DNA of 64,000 nucleotides, from NCBI GenBank assembly GCA_964016885.1, contig OZ024743.1:43462001-43526000 (forward strand), read 5' to 3'. The DNA is from Eledone cirrhosa (lineage: Eukaryota). The position numbers and the translations under genes were made by a program. Position 1 is the stretch's first letter; every line of letters begins with the position of its first letter. This document shows positions 50,871-62,663 of this stretch, piece after piece. Under the pieces are notes generated by a model. That model saw only the letters and a program-made list of their open reading frames with translations. It was not told where the DNA came from and searched no databases.

Positions 50871-53800
50871 AGTGTACAGGGTAAATGCAAGAATCATTAA
50901 ACTCAGACTAGTCCTGAATAAGACAATTACCACAATAATATCAGCTTACGCACCCCAATCGGGGCTGCCAGACGAACTTAAGGATAGGTTTTACGAGTCC
51001 CTAATACACACTACTGCTCTAACAGACGACAAGGACTTCCTAATCATTGCAGGAGATTTTAACGGACACGTAGGTAAACACTGCGACGGCTTCAATAGAG
51101 TACATGGAGGCCATGGAGTTGGCACAAGGAATGAGGAAGGATTCAGACTTCTAGAATTCTGCGACGCCAATGACATGTCGATATGTAACACAAACTTTAA
51201 AAAACCCGACAACCACCTGATCACCTATAGATCAGGGGAGCACTCTAGTCAGTTAGATTTTATTCTCATCAGAGGACGTGACAGATGGACGGTCGTAAAC
51301 ACAAAAGCCTTCCCTAGTGAGGAATGTACATCCCAACATAGCTTAGTTGTCAGCGACCTCACGGTCAGAACTAGACGAGCCCTGAAACAGAGGCCAACCT
51401 GGAGAAGAAAGATCTGGAAGCTGAAAGTCCCCTCAACCAGTAACAGATTTAAAGATATTTTACTCAACGCCTACGACAGTAAAGAAGAACAGATAGAGAC
51501 ATTTAACGTAGAAGAGAACTGGGAGTTCCTAAAAAATAACTTACTAGAGGCGACGGATGAGGTTTGTGGCTGGAGTAAGACCTCAAGCAGGAGGAGAGTG
51601 ACTTGGTGGTGGAACAATAAGGTAGATGAAGCAGTCAAGGCCAAGAGACAGGCATGGAAAGAATGGAAGAACGGGGGGAGCAGGGTACATTACATAGAGA
51701 CCAAGAGGGAAGCTAGGCGACAAGTATACTTAGCTAGGAGGGAAGCAGAGGATAGAAAATTCAAGCATGTTTTACAACGTGAGGACCAGAAACAGGAGGT
51801 ATTCAAGATTGCGAGGCAGTGTGTCAGAGATAGTTGTGATGTCATTGGAGAGAAGTGTATCCGGAATGATAAAGGTGAGCTTGCCCTCACAAGTGCTGAG
51901 AAGAAAGATGCATGGAAGAGTCATTATGATAGATTACTAAATGAGGAGAATGCATGGGAAGAAGAGACCCTACCCCACGTAGACCCTATAGAGGGACCAG
52001 CAGTACAAGTCAGCGGCAGCGTAGTAAGTAAGGCAATCAGAGATATGAAGATAGGGAAGGCAACCGGTCCATCGGGTATAGCTGCCGAGATGCTGAAGGC
52101 ATCTGGGTCTGTAGGTCACACTATAACCACACGTATCGTTAACCAGGTAATACTAGAGGGGGCCATACCAAAAGATTGGTGCAGTAGCATCATTGTCAAC
52201 TGCTACAAAGGTAAAGGCGATGCACTAGATAGAGGAAACTATAGAGGTATAAAGTTGATGGACCAGGTCATGAAAGTAACAGAAAGAGTTATAGCACAGC
52301 TGATTAGGGACCGGGTGAATATAGACGAGATGCAATTTGGGTTTGTTCCAGGGAAAGGCACCACTGATGCGCTCTTCCTTGTGAGGCAATTACAGGAAAA
52401 GTACCTAGCTAAAAGTAAGCCACTCTACTTGGCATTTGTCGACCTTGAGAAAGCCTTTGACAGAGTTCCACGTGCAGTAATCTGGTGGGCTCTTAGAAAA
52501 CTAGGAGTAGATGAATGGCTTGTGAAAGCGGTACAAGCCATGTATAGGGGAGCAGTCAGCAAAGTTAGGATTGGCAATGAGTATAGCGAGGAATTTAGCG
52601 TACAGGTTGGGGTCCACCAGGGCTCTGTTCTTAGCCCTCTCCTGTTCATCATAGTCCTGCAGGCAATAACGGAGGAGTTTAAGACCGGATGCCCATGGGA
52701 ACTCCTGTATGCTGATGACCTCGCACTCATAGCTGAATCTATGGTAGAACTAGAGAATAAATTCCAAACCTGGAAGCAGGGACTAGAGAGAAAGGGCCTC
52801 AAAGTCAACATGACAAAGACTAAGGTCCTTATAAGTAGACGAGAAAACAGAACCCAGATCCCCTCAGGGAAATGGCCTTGCTCAGTATGTAGGAAAGGTG
52901 TAGGTAGGAACTCCATTCTTTGCCCCAAATGCAAACAATGGGTACACAAGAGATGTAGCGGGATCTCAGGAAGCTTAATTAAGAATGTAGGATTCACATG
53001 CAGCAGCTGTGCTGAAACAGCAAGCAAACAGCCACAGGAAACAAGTACCACCAATCTCTGGGAGGGCCCTGTAGAAACAGTAGACAGCTTCTGCTACCTA
53101 GGTGACCGAATTAGCAAAGGAGGTGGGTGCTCAGAAAGTACAATAACTAGGGTAAGAACGGGATGGAAGAAGTTTAGGGAACTACTACCACTGCTAGCTG
53201 CAAAAGGCTTCTCCCTCAGAATGAAAGGCAGACTGTATGATGCGTGTATCCGAACAGCGATGTTGCATGGTAGTGAGACCTGGGCGCTGAAGGTGGAAGA
53301 CTTACGTAGATTAGAGAGAAACGAAGCCTGCATGCTCCGATGGATGTGTAACAGTAATATACGTGAACGACAAAGCATAAAGGAATTGAGAGAGAGACTG
53401 AGCATAAGAGGAATCAAATGCTGCGTGCAGGAGAGGCGGTTACGCTGGTATGGACATGTGATGCGTATGAAGGATGACAGCTGCATAAAAAGGTGCAGAG
53501 CACTAGAAGTTGATGGAAACCGCGGAGTGGGGAGACCCAAGATGACTTGGGATGAGGTGATAAAAGCCGACCTTACCCAACTACACCTCTCAAAGTCAAT
53601 GACACACGACCGTGACTTCTGGCGTCACGCAGTAATACAGGGTACCCGACCTCCCATGGGTACATGCTGAAGCATATAAACAATATGCCCCCCCCCCCCA
53701 CCGCAAGGTGGTCGTGGAGGTGCCACGGCAAAAAAGCACCCAGCCCACACTGTAAAGTGGACGTGTAGGCGCCACGAAAAAGCACCCAGCACTCACTGTA

Positions 53801-53962
53801 AATGAGGTTGGTGTTAGGAAGGGCATCCAGCTGTAGAAATCAAGCCAGATCAGTTCCTGTATGAGCAAGGCATGGTCAGCCGACCAGACACTGCCCACAA
53901 CAGGACAACCCGTCTAACCCATGCTAGCGTGGAAGAATGGACGTAAAACGGTGATGATGATA
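50867..53962 (+). mobile_element. RTE-clade LINE, 5'-truncated, with (GAT)n tail, inserted in (TA)n
   Basis: Uninterrupted APE-RT frame; 3' UTR ends aacccatgctagcgtggaa...gacgtaaaacggtgatgatgat. Confidence 0.9.
50869..53670 (+). CDS. RTE ORF: partial APE, RT and internal PHD finger (open ~930 codons, no native start)
   Basis: SAYAPQ, GDFNGH, SQLDFIL, GNYRGIKL, QFGF, DLEKAFD, GVHQGSVLSP, YADD, C4HC3, FCYLG, RRLRWYGH, GRPK.TW. Confidence 0.9.
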
Positions 53963-53973
53963 TATATATATAT

Positions 53974-54141
53974 TAGAAAGTGAGGTTTTTTTTACAAAAT
54001 GTGAGAAAAACCACAGACCCTCCATCTCAACTCACCTTTAGAAAAGCAGAAAAACTGCGAAACCGGTAAAGGAACCAAATAAATATATATATTTAAAAAA
54101 AAAATAAGACTTCAGTTGCATTTTCGATTTCATCCCTTTTT

Positions 54142-54150
<9 letters not shown>
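53974..54150 (+). mobile_element. Mini fold-back fragment of the Neptune-like family tail, with degenerate hammerhead
   Basis: 53998-54150 matches 62034-62181; 53974-54000 is the reverse complement of 62216-62241; the hammerhead core reads TAGAAAA. Confidence 0.75.
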
Positions 54151-54175
<25 letters not shown>

Positions 54176-55649
54176 TACATATATACATAAATGTATATTT
54201 ATATGTGTGTCTGTATGTGTTCTATATATATGTATACATTTGAGTATGTATGTATGTAAATGTAGATGTGATCCCTCTCTAACTTAACATATACATATTT
54301 GATTATCGAGACTGATTGATTAGCAGTACCCTTAAATGAGAATTTGGGCTTGATGGACAAGGTATTATTACTAAAACTGCAGGACAGGCTCGAATGATTA
54401 AAACAATCTGAATTTCAATAATTGGATCCAAGACGTAGGTGGCGCTGTTATAATGAGTTGTTGAATTATGACTAATTACAAAACAAAAATCCTCAACGAG
54501 ATATGAACGAAGGACATGAAAGACCAACAAAGGACCTGAACATTGGGTAGAGGATTAAGTACCTCCAAAAATTGTCTACTGTTGGAATTTATCACAGAAC
54601 GCAAAATAGGAAGCAACTATTTCACTTCATTTCTTCAAAATATTGAACAAGTATTCCACTCTACCACCCACTACTTGTACTATAGAGAAATTAAAATGTA
54701 AACCTACATTTGAGGACATTTGAACTCAATGAGGAGCCAGAACAAATTCCACAAATACAATGGCAATCCTAACGGTAACTAAGAATTATCTCAAAATATG
54801 TTAGTCTCCGTAGTCGTTCGAATGTTAGATAAATTGCTTGCGATACCTGTTCCGACTCTCTTAATTTTTAATTCTATTCTCGTCGAAGTCTACCTAAGTT
54901 TTATTCATTCTCTATCGATAAAGAAAGGTTTAGTCAAGTACTGGGGAAGATTCTCCTTCTATATATCTTTCTCCTTTAATCTCGTCATCTCTTTTCATTT
55001 GTAATAAATAAGTTGTGTTCGGATCATGTTCAAGTCTGCTTCTATGTTTATATGAAGAATTAATAACCCATAGATAGGTGGATAAATGTTATTCTCTGAT
55101 ATATTTAACTTTCTTATTATTGTCTTGCTGCTTTCAGGTTTGATAAACGAATAAAACTGATCGGAAGTAAACATGACCTTACAAACCCATCTAAGTTTCA
55201 TGTATAATGTATCAATAACCTCATTGGACAATGTTACTATGTTCAAGCGACCTAGTGTAATTTGTGAGAGATTTAGTTGCTACGTTCAGGTAGTGGATTG
55301 ATTACATGAAAAATCAATCGCTTGCACATGTCATTCATTTCAGGATATTTTGTCTTCCTCTCAATTATCAAGTGTGATATTTACAATAGATCAACTAGCA
55401 TATATTATTTGTGAATATAGGGGTGGTAGATTTAATCTTACGTTTTAGTTTTAATCTCGTGTGGCAGATTTAATTTCGAGTGCCACAGTTAATCCGTCAT
55501 CCTCTTTAAGACTGCAACCTTCGGAGTTTTAGTGGTGTTCCCTTTAGGGAAATTCCGTTTGGGTGAAATTGCACGTTCCTCCGAAACTAAACAGTAAATA
55601 GAAATAAAATGAAAGTAAATATTGTGGGATTCAGTGAACTCAAAATACG

Positions 55650-55762
55650 TAAAGACCCCCCTTCGGTCACGAATGACCATGGGGTTTGCACATAGAAAGT
55701 TCCCCTCCGAGAGGCAAGTCCGGGTAAGGTTGTTTGTGGAAGACTACTAGTCACCCATGCAT
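55650..55762 (-). mobile_element. SINE tail fragment, inverted relative to the adjacent SINE
   Basis: Diverged reverse complement of 55990-56095. Confidence 0.6.
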
Positions 55763-55774
55763 GATAGAAGGCAT

Positions 55775-56095
55775 ATCATTGTGTGGTTAGAGCATTGACT
55801 TGCAATCGGAAGTCTGTGAGATCGATTCTCGGAGCGGGTGATGCGTTGTATCCTTGAGCAAGACCTTTTATTTCACGTTCCTCCAGTTTACTTAGCAGTA
55901 GAAATGAATTGCGAAGTCACTGGTGCCAATCTGTTCCGGCCTTTGCCTTTCCCTTGGAAATCCACGTTGGCGTGGAGAGGGGAGATTGGTATGCATTGCT
56001 GATTGCTGGGCTTCCACAAACAACCTTGCCTTGACCTGTGCCTCGGAAAGAAACTTTCTAGGTGTAAATTCCATGGCCATTCGTGACCGAAGGCG
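55775..56095 (+). mobile_element. tRNA-derived SINE
   Basis: gtgtggttagagc (A box), gatcgattctc (B-box-like), ccttgagcaagac core, tail ..ccatggccattcgtgaccgaagg. Confidence 0.7.
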
Positions 56096-56699
56096 ATCAA
56101 AATATAATTTATTGCAATTAAATACTGTTCCTCTTGTTGAGTGAGTACCATATATTCCTTCAGACAAAATTCCGTTTAATTTTTCTTTTTTATTGTTTAG
56201 TTACGGATGAACATGGCATATCACCCAGACGTTTGCTTTAAAAAATCCCAAGGTTGCATTATTAAACAGGGTGACGGATTCATTGTAGCACTCGAAATGT
56301 GCAATCGAGTCGATATGTTACATAACTCATAGAAACATATAATTTGGGAAGACATAAAACAAGGATTGCAGAGAGGAAATACAAATACTATAAGAATGTG
56401 TTACCCAAAATAGGTTACATCAAACCCAAGACTTCCTCTAAAACAATTTGGTTTTCGACTTGTTCAAATGTTAGATATTATTTCGATCTCTGAATTAAAT
56501 TGACATCACGTTCCAGTTTGGTTTTTATGATTTCGCGATGGATCGTCCAATGGGACAAGTTTCAGAGCAACTCAGTTTCCGTTAGCATAGGGAAAGAACC
56601 CGTAAAACCAGCTCGTAAATGCATAATACATATTATCCAGCTATACCCAAGTGTGTGCGAAGGCAGTATCTATTTTTTTTTTAAATATATAATAAAACA

Positions 56700-56704
56700 T
56701 CTTC

Positions 56705-56736
<32 letters not shown>

Positions 56737-56794
56737 CTTCTTCTTCTTCTTCTTCTTCTTCTTCTTCTTCTTCTTCTTCTTCTTCTTCTTCTTC
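56700..56794. repeat. (CTT)n microsatellite
   Basis: Direct reading. Confidence 0.95.
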
Positions 56795-57144
56795 GTCAGT
56801 TTTTACGACATGAAATGTAGAGTGAAATCTATTTTGCGAACAGGAACCTCTACCTAAGGATTAAACGCATCCCTTGTTAACCCGCACGAAGCACGATGCG
56901 GTATGATTCAATAAATTCTTTTGACATTTAAAATGAATGCTTTCTCTGAAATAATTTTATTTCATTAAATGTATATCGTAAATTACGCTCGCTGGGGTTA
57001 TGCTTAGTTATGGGTTCTAAAACATATTCGTTTGTACTAATTATATGGGAAAATTAAATGACATGTATCTATTATGCTGGTCAGCGCACATTTCCCACGC
57101 CAAATCGTGAGAAGGACATCACATATTTTGAAAAGTGTACACTT

Positions 57145-57188
<44 letters not shown>

Positions 57189-57194
57189 AATGAA

Positions 57195-57355
57195 ATAATT
57201 CCGTCTGAAAGGTCCAGGAAAAAAGAGTGCTCTATGTAAGTTACAGAGCTTATTAGTTATGTAATAAACAACATAAAATAATTATTTCATTTACCAGTGG
57301 TTTCTTGAAAGAAACCACTGGTAAATGAAATAATTATCTTATGTTGTTTATTACA

Positions 57356-57393
<38 letters not shown>

Positions 57394-57452
57394 TAGCTCT
57401 GGTCTATACATAGAGCCCTCTCTTTTCCTAGGCTTTTTCTTCGGAAATACTT
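57195..57452. repeat. Fold-back repeat (near-perfect core palindrome 57254-57361), homologous to 1775-1880
   Basis: tagttatgtaataaacaacataa..ccagtggtttctt|ga|aagaaaccactgg..ttacataacta; contains a GAAA-taatta-TC hammerhead-like half. Confidence 0.7.
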
Positions 57453-57489
57453 AAAACAGACACACACACACACACACATACATATATAT

Positions 57490-57528
<39 letters not shown>

Positions 57529-57589
57529 TATATATGTATATATATATGTGTATATATATATATATGTGTGTGTGTGTGTCTAGAGAAAC

Positions 57590-58034
57590 CATGAAGTTGG
57601 ACGGGAGGTATATTTAAGGGTTTTTTTTTATTTTTTATTCGTTAAAGTGACATTATTGAAAAGATAATGTTATTAAAAAAAGAGAGGGACAATTGTTCTT
57701 TAAACATTTGTTTATAAAATATTTAAAATATATGAGAAAATTACCGGTTTCAATGTATTAAGATCCATCTTGTCAAATTCAATGAAAAAAGTTAATTAAA
57801 AAGAGTTGGTAGGAGGAAATAAGGGTTTTAATTTAAAATCAAACTCGAATGTTTGAGTAAAATTTCTTCCATGAAGCTTCTTGAAAAGTGGACTGGGAAT
57901 GAGAACAAGTTGTTTTCTGGATGTGAAAAATATGCTTTTTTTAATAACACTATATTTTCAATAATGTCACTTTGACGAATCAAAAAAGATAAAGAGACCA
58001 TTAAATATATCTCCCGTGCTATTTCCAACTTCAT
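57590..58034. repeat. MITE-like or fold-back element with ~95-bp imperfect terminal inverted repeats
   Basis: atgaagttgga.cgggag.tatatttaa...aaagtgacattattgaaaa has its reverse complement at 57935-58034. Confidence 0.6.
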
Positions 58035-58082
58035 CTTGTCTCTATATCCACTGTTTTGTATAGAACCTCACTTTCCTTTTCT

Positions 58083-58204
<122 letters not shown>

Positions 58205-58274
58205 AAGAAAAAGGGATGAAATCGAAAATGCAACTGAAGTCTTATTTTTTTAAAAATATATATATTTATTTGGT

Positions 58275-58314
58275 ACCTTTACCGGTTTCGCAGTTCTTCT
58301 GCTTTTCAAAAGGT
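58275..58314 (-). ncRNA. Minimal hammerhead ribozyme, U3-A8 variant (left arm)
   Basis: acctt-TTGAAAA-gcag aagaa ctgc-GAAA-ccgg-TA-aaggt. Confidence 0.75.
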
Positions 58315-58831
58315 GAGTTGAGATGGAGGGTCTGTGGTTTTTCTCACATCTGGTTGGTCTCTAAATGTTACTTGTTTTATATCGAAAAACTGGCTCGAAA
58401 ACCAGGTTTTTCGAGAAGTAATTTGATTGGTTTGTCAATAATTATAATAAATTTCGCGCCAGTTCGCGTTATAATAGTTCTTCAAATAAGAGAGGGGGGG
58501 GGGGGGTGGATTGTCACAGGTTGTTTTTTCATATATGAGTGTTTGAATTTCTTTTTACTTGAAAAAATGAGGCTCACGAAGGCTTTTTTTTGGTTGGTTA
58601 TAAATGAAATTTGGCTGTCACGTGAACAAGTTTTCATTACATTTTTGCGCCCTTATTTGGAAAACTATTCTGTAGTCTATAGTGAATGTTATGACAATGG
58701 AGAGATAGTGGTCAAGGGAAAAGGGATTGGGAGAAATGTTCTGGTTCAGTGAATATGGCCAGCTGTCAGAGTTCAGGTGTCAGAGTTCAGATTTTCTATT
58801 GAGACTGAAGATATGTGTTTATTTGTGTGCT

Positions 58832-58868
<37 letters not shown>

Positions 58869-59286
58869 ATGTGTGTATTGGAAGATGATTCTATTAGTAG
58901 AGATGGGGGAGGGAGTTGTGTGTGTGTGTATATGGGTGTTATGTGTGTGTGTGCGAGTATGTTAGATAGAGAGAATATATATTTTTTGTGTGTGTGTATA
59001 TATATATGTGTTTAGGAAAGTGGTTCTATTAGTAGAAATGGGGAGGGTGTTGTAGGTGTGGGGGTTTTTATGTGTGTGTATGGGTGTTATGTGTGTGGGA
59101 GTATGGTTAGCATGTTAAGATGAAGAGAATATATATATATATATATATATATATTGTGTGTGTGTATGTGTGTGTGTAGGAAAATGATTCCTTTAGTAGG
59201 AATATTTTTGAATGAACATATTTTCCTGACTTTTTCGTGTTTGCTGTTGTATTGCCAGTGCAAACGTATGTTTAAGGTTTATTTAT

Positions 59287-61035
59287 TTGACCAAATTAAA
59301 CACACTGATTTATCGATACCAGGAAGACCTAACTAAAAAGGAACGCGATTATTTAACAAATGTTGAATACAAAACCAGCAACCTTTACGGACTTCCGAAG
59401 ATCCACAAATGTAAAATAATCAACGATGCCTGTAAACAATCCACCTCAGCCTGCGTGAACACACAATACCCCACAGACCTTAAATTAAGACCAATTGTAG
59501 CGGGCCCACAATGTGAAACACACAGATTGAGCAACTTTATAGACATACTACTGAAACCAATACTGAAACACATACCAAGCCTTGTAAGAAACGATCTGGA
59601 CCTCTTAAACCACCTCCCCAAACATGTCAACAACGACACTATTATTGTGTCTTTCGATGTAGTGAATCTCTACACAACGATCCCACACCAATACGGACTA
59701 GAAGCAATAGGATTCTGGCTAGAGAAATATCCCAATGAGATACCTGACAGAATAGAAAAAAGCTTCATCACCGAGGGATTAAAATTCATCCTACAGAACA
59801 ACTTTTTTGATTTCGATGGCAATACTTACAAGCAAATATCGGGGACTGCGATGGGCACAAAAGCCGCTCCAACTTATGCCAACTTAGTCATGGCATACTT
59901 AGAAGTCCAGATATATGAACAGTCCAAATCAAAATACGGATTGAACTTCCACAAATATTTATCAGAGAATTGGAAACGCTACTTGGATGATTGCCTCTTT
60001 CTTTGGTCCCACACACTCGACCAACTGAAGGATTTCAAAAACTTAATAAACGACATCAATAACCACATCCAATTCACAATGGAATACAGCCAAGATCAAC
60101 CCCCATTTCTGGACATCTTAATCACAAAAAAAGACACAAATATCGAAACTGACATACACTACAAACCAACAGATTCCAAACAATATCTGCTATTCACCTC
60201 CAACCATCCAAAGCACACGAAGACGAACATTCCTTTTAACCTAGCAAGAAGAATTTGCACAATTGTCTCGAATTATGAAACGCGAAATAAAAGACTTCAA
60301 GAATTAAAGGAAATTCTACTTGAGAGAGAGTACCCACTATTACTAATAAATAATGGAATAGAAAGGGCTAAAGCAATAGGCATTGATGAATTACGGAAAC
60401 AGAAACAAATTCAAGGTACGTCCAATATTCTATCATATATCTCAACACACAACCCAAGAAATGCGGAAGCTTACAACACTATTCACAATAACATCCCACT
60501 ACTAAAACAAAACCCAAGAATGAAAAAAGCCCTTGAAACACACAAAATAATCAAAAGCAAAAGACAACCAAAATCACTGAAAACATTACTCACCAATGCC
60601 AAATTACCTACCACAAACCCACAACCAAGTATCAAAAAATGTGGTCGCTCTAATTGTGGAACCTGCACTCACCTCATTGAAGGCAACACGTATACATTTA
60701 AATCAGGACAAAATTTTACTGTAAAAAATCACTTCACTTGCTCATCAAAAAATCTAATTTATGCCATTAAATGTAAAGGATGCAATGAAGATTATATAGG
60801 ACAAACTAAACTCACACTCAGAAACAGAATGACAGTTCATCGCCAACAATTACGAGATCCAACCACGAGACAAATACCACTAAGTGCACATCTAGACATT
60901 TGCGCAAGTAATAAGACACCCAAATTCCAAGTCTTCCCATTTTACCTTTGCGCTAACAATACAACAGAACAAATGCGAATAAATAAGGAAAATATGTTTA
61001 TTCAAAAACATAGACCAACATTAAATAAGGTTTAA
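59287..61035 (+). CDS. PLE reverse transcriptase - Cys linker - GIY-YIG endonuclease (5'-truncated, no internal stops)
   Basis: LYGLPKIHK, LRPIV, SFDVVNLYT, GTAMGT, RYLDD, FLDI, SNHP, KCGRSNCGTC, NLIYAIKC..CNEDYIGQT..R...H, E..FI....P.LN. Confidence 0.93.
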   Translation: MTKLNTLIYRYQEDLTKKERDYLTNVEYKTSNLYGLPKIHKCKIINDACKQSTSACVNTQYPTDLKLRPIVAGPQCETHRLSNFIDILLKPILKHIPSLVRNDLDLLNHLPKHVNNDTIIVSFDVVNLYTTIPHQYGLEAIGFWLEKYPNEIPDRIEKSFITEGLKFILQNNFFDFDGNTYKQISGTAMGTKAAPTYANLVMAYLEVQIYEQSKSKYGLNFHKYLSENWKRYLDDCLFLWSHTLDQLKDFKNLINDINNHIQFTMEYSQDQPPFLDILITKKDTNIETDIHYKPTDSKQYLLFTSNHPKHTKTNIPFNLARRICTIVSNYETRNKRLQELKEILLEREYPLLLINNGIERAKAIGIDELRKQKQIQGTSNILSYISTHNPRNAEAYNTIHNNIPLLKQNPRMKKALETHKIIKSKRQPKSLKTLLTNAKLPTTNPQPSIKKCGRSNCGTCTHLIEGNTYTFKSGQNFTVKNHFTCSSKNLIYAIKCKGCNEDYIGQTKLTLRNRMTVHRQQLRDPTTRQIPLSAHLDICASNKTPKFQVFPFYLCANNTTEQMRINKENMFIQKHRPTLNKV

Positions 61036-62068
61036 TATACATTATGTCAACACCACAATATGACATACACACACACACATAACACCTACTTTAGAAAATA
61101 AAAACCCGAACTAAATAAACCTTAAACATACGTTTGCACTGGCAATACAACAGCAAACACGAAAAAGTCAGGAAAATATGTTCATTCAAAAATATTCCTA
61201 CTAAAGGAATCGTTTTCCTACACACACACATACACACACACAACATATATATATATATATATATATTCTCTTCATCTTAACATGCTAACCATACTCCCAC
61301 ACACATAACACCCATACACACACATAAAAACCCCCACACCTACAACACCCTCCACATTTCTACTAATAGAACCACTTTCCTACACACATATATATATACA
61401 CACACACAAAAAATATATATTCTCTCTATCTAACATACTCGCACACACACACATAACACCCATATACACACACACACAACTCCCTCCCCCATCTCTACTA
61501 ATAGAATCATCTTCCAATACACACATACACACACACACACATATACACACACACAAGCACACAAATAAACACATATCTTCAGTCTCAATAGAAAATCTGA
61601 ACTCTGACACCTGAACTCTGACAGCTGGCCATATTCACTGAACCAGAACATTTCTCCCAATCCCTTTTCCCTTGACCACTATCTCTCCATTGTCATAACA
61701 TTCACTATAGACTACAGAATAGTTTTCCAAATAAGGGCGCAAAAATGTAATGAAAACTTGTTCACGTGACAGCCAAATTTCATTTATAACCAACCAAAAA
61801 AAAGCCTTCGTGAGCCTCATTTTTTCAAGTAAAAAGAAATTCAAACACTCATATATGACAAAACAACCTGTGACAACCCCCCCCCCCCTCTCTCATTTGA
61901 AGAACTATTGTAACGCGAACTGGCGCGAAATTTATTATAATTATTGACAAACCAATCAAATTACTTCTCGAAAAACCTGGTTTTCGAGCCAGTTTTTCCA
62001 TATAAAACAAGTAACATTTAGAGACCAACCAGATGTGAGAAAAACCACAGACCCTCCATCTCAACTCA

Positions 62069-62106
62069 CCTTTTGAAAAGCAGAAGAACTGCGAAACCGG
62101 TAAAGG
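62069..62106 (+). ncRNA. Minimal hammerhead ribozyme, U3-A8 variant (right arm)
   Basis: cctt-TTGAAAA-gcag aagaa ctgc-GAAA-ccgg-TA-aagg. Confidence 0.75.
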
Positions 62107-62398
62107 AACCAAATAAATATATATATTTTAAAAAAAATAAGACTTCAGTTGCATTTTCGATTTCATCCCTTTTTCTTTATACTTCCACTCGTGTAGGACA
62201 CCTCGGTTATTTTTCATTTTGTAAAAAAAACCTACTTTCTAGTATATATATATATATATATATATATACAGTATTTACGTATCGAGAAAGAGAAAAAAAG
62301 GGGATGATAGGTGATACATATAGTTATTTGCCAAGTAGCGTATGCCAAAAGTGCTCGATACTAATGCAGTATTAAATACTCGAAGTGTTAATATTTAT

Positions 62399-62438
62399 GC
62401 CCTTGAGAAGCCCAACTGGGCGAAACGTACGTAGGTGC
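62399..62438 (+). ncRNA. Minimal hammerhead ribozyme, U3-A8 variant, in PLE-like terminal fragment 62270-62480
   Basis: gccc-TTGAGAA-gccc aact gggc-GAAA-cgtacg-TA-ggtgc. Confidence 0.7.
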
Positions 62439-62601
62439 TGTTTTAAATAAACATGTTTTAACGGTCTATTCTCCGATGTTTTACTTTTTTTACTTTCCCC
62501 CGTATATATATATATATTATTATATTACCCACTCTACTACCCCAAGTATTGAGTACTTTGGTGCGTTATGGTCCACCTGGTTCCTTACCACATTTCCTTC
62601 G

Positions 62602-62654
<53 letters not shown>

Positions 62655-62663
<9 letters not shown>

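Noticed and set aside
49626-53670. Apparent PLE-RTE fusion ORFs (49626-50933 and 50602-53670)
   Set aside because: The frames read through a stop-free (TA)n tract between two oppositely oriented elements.
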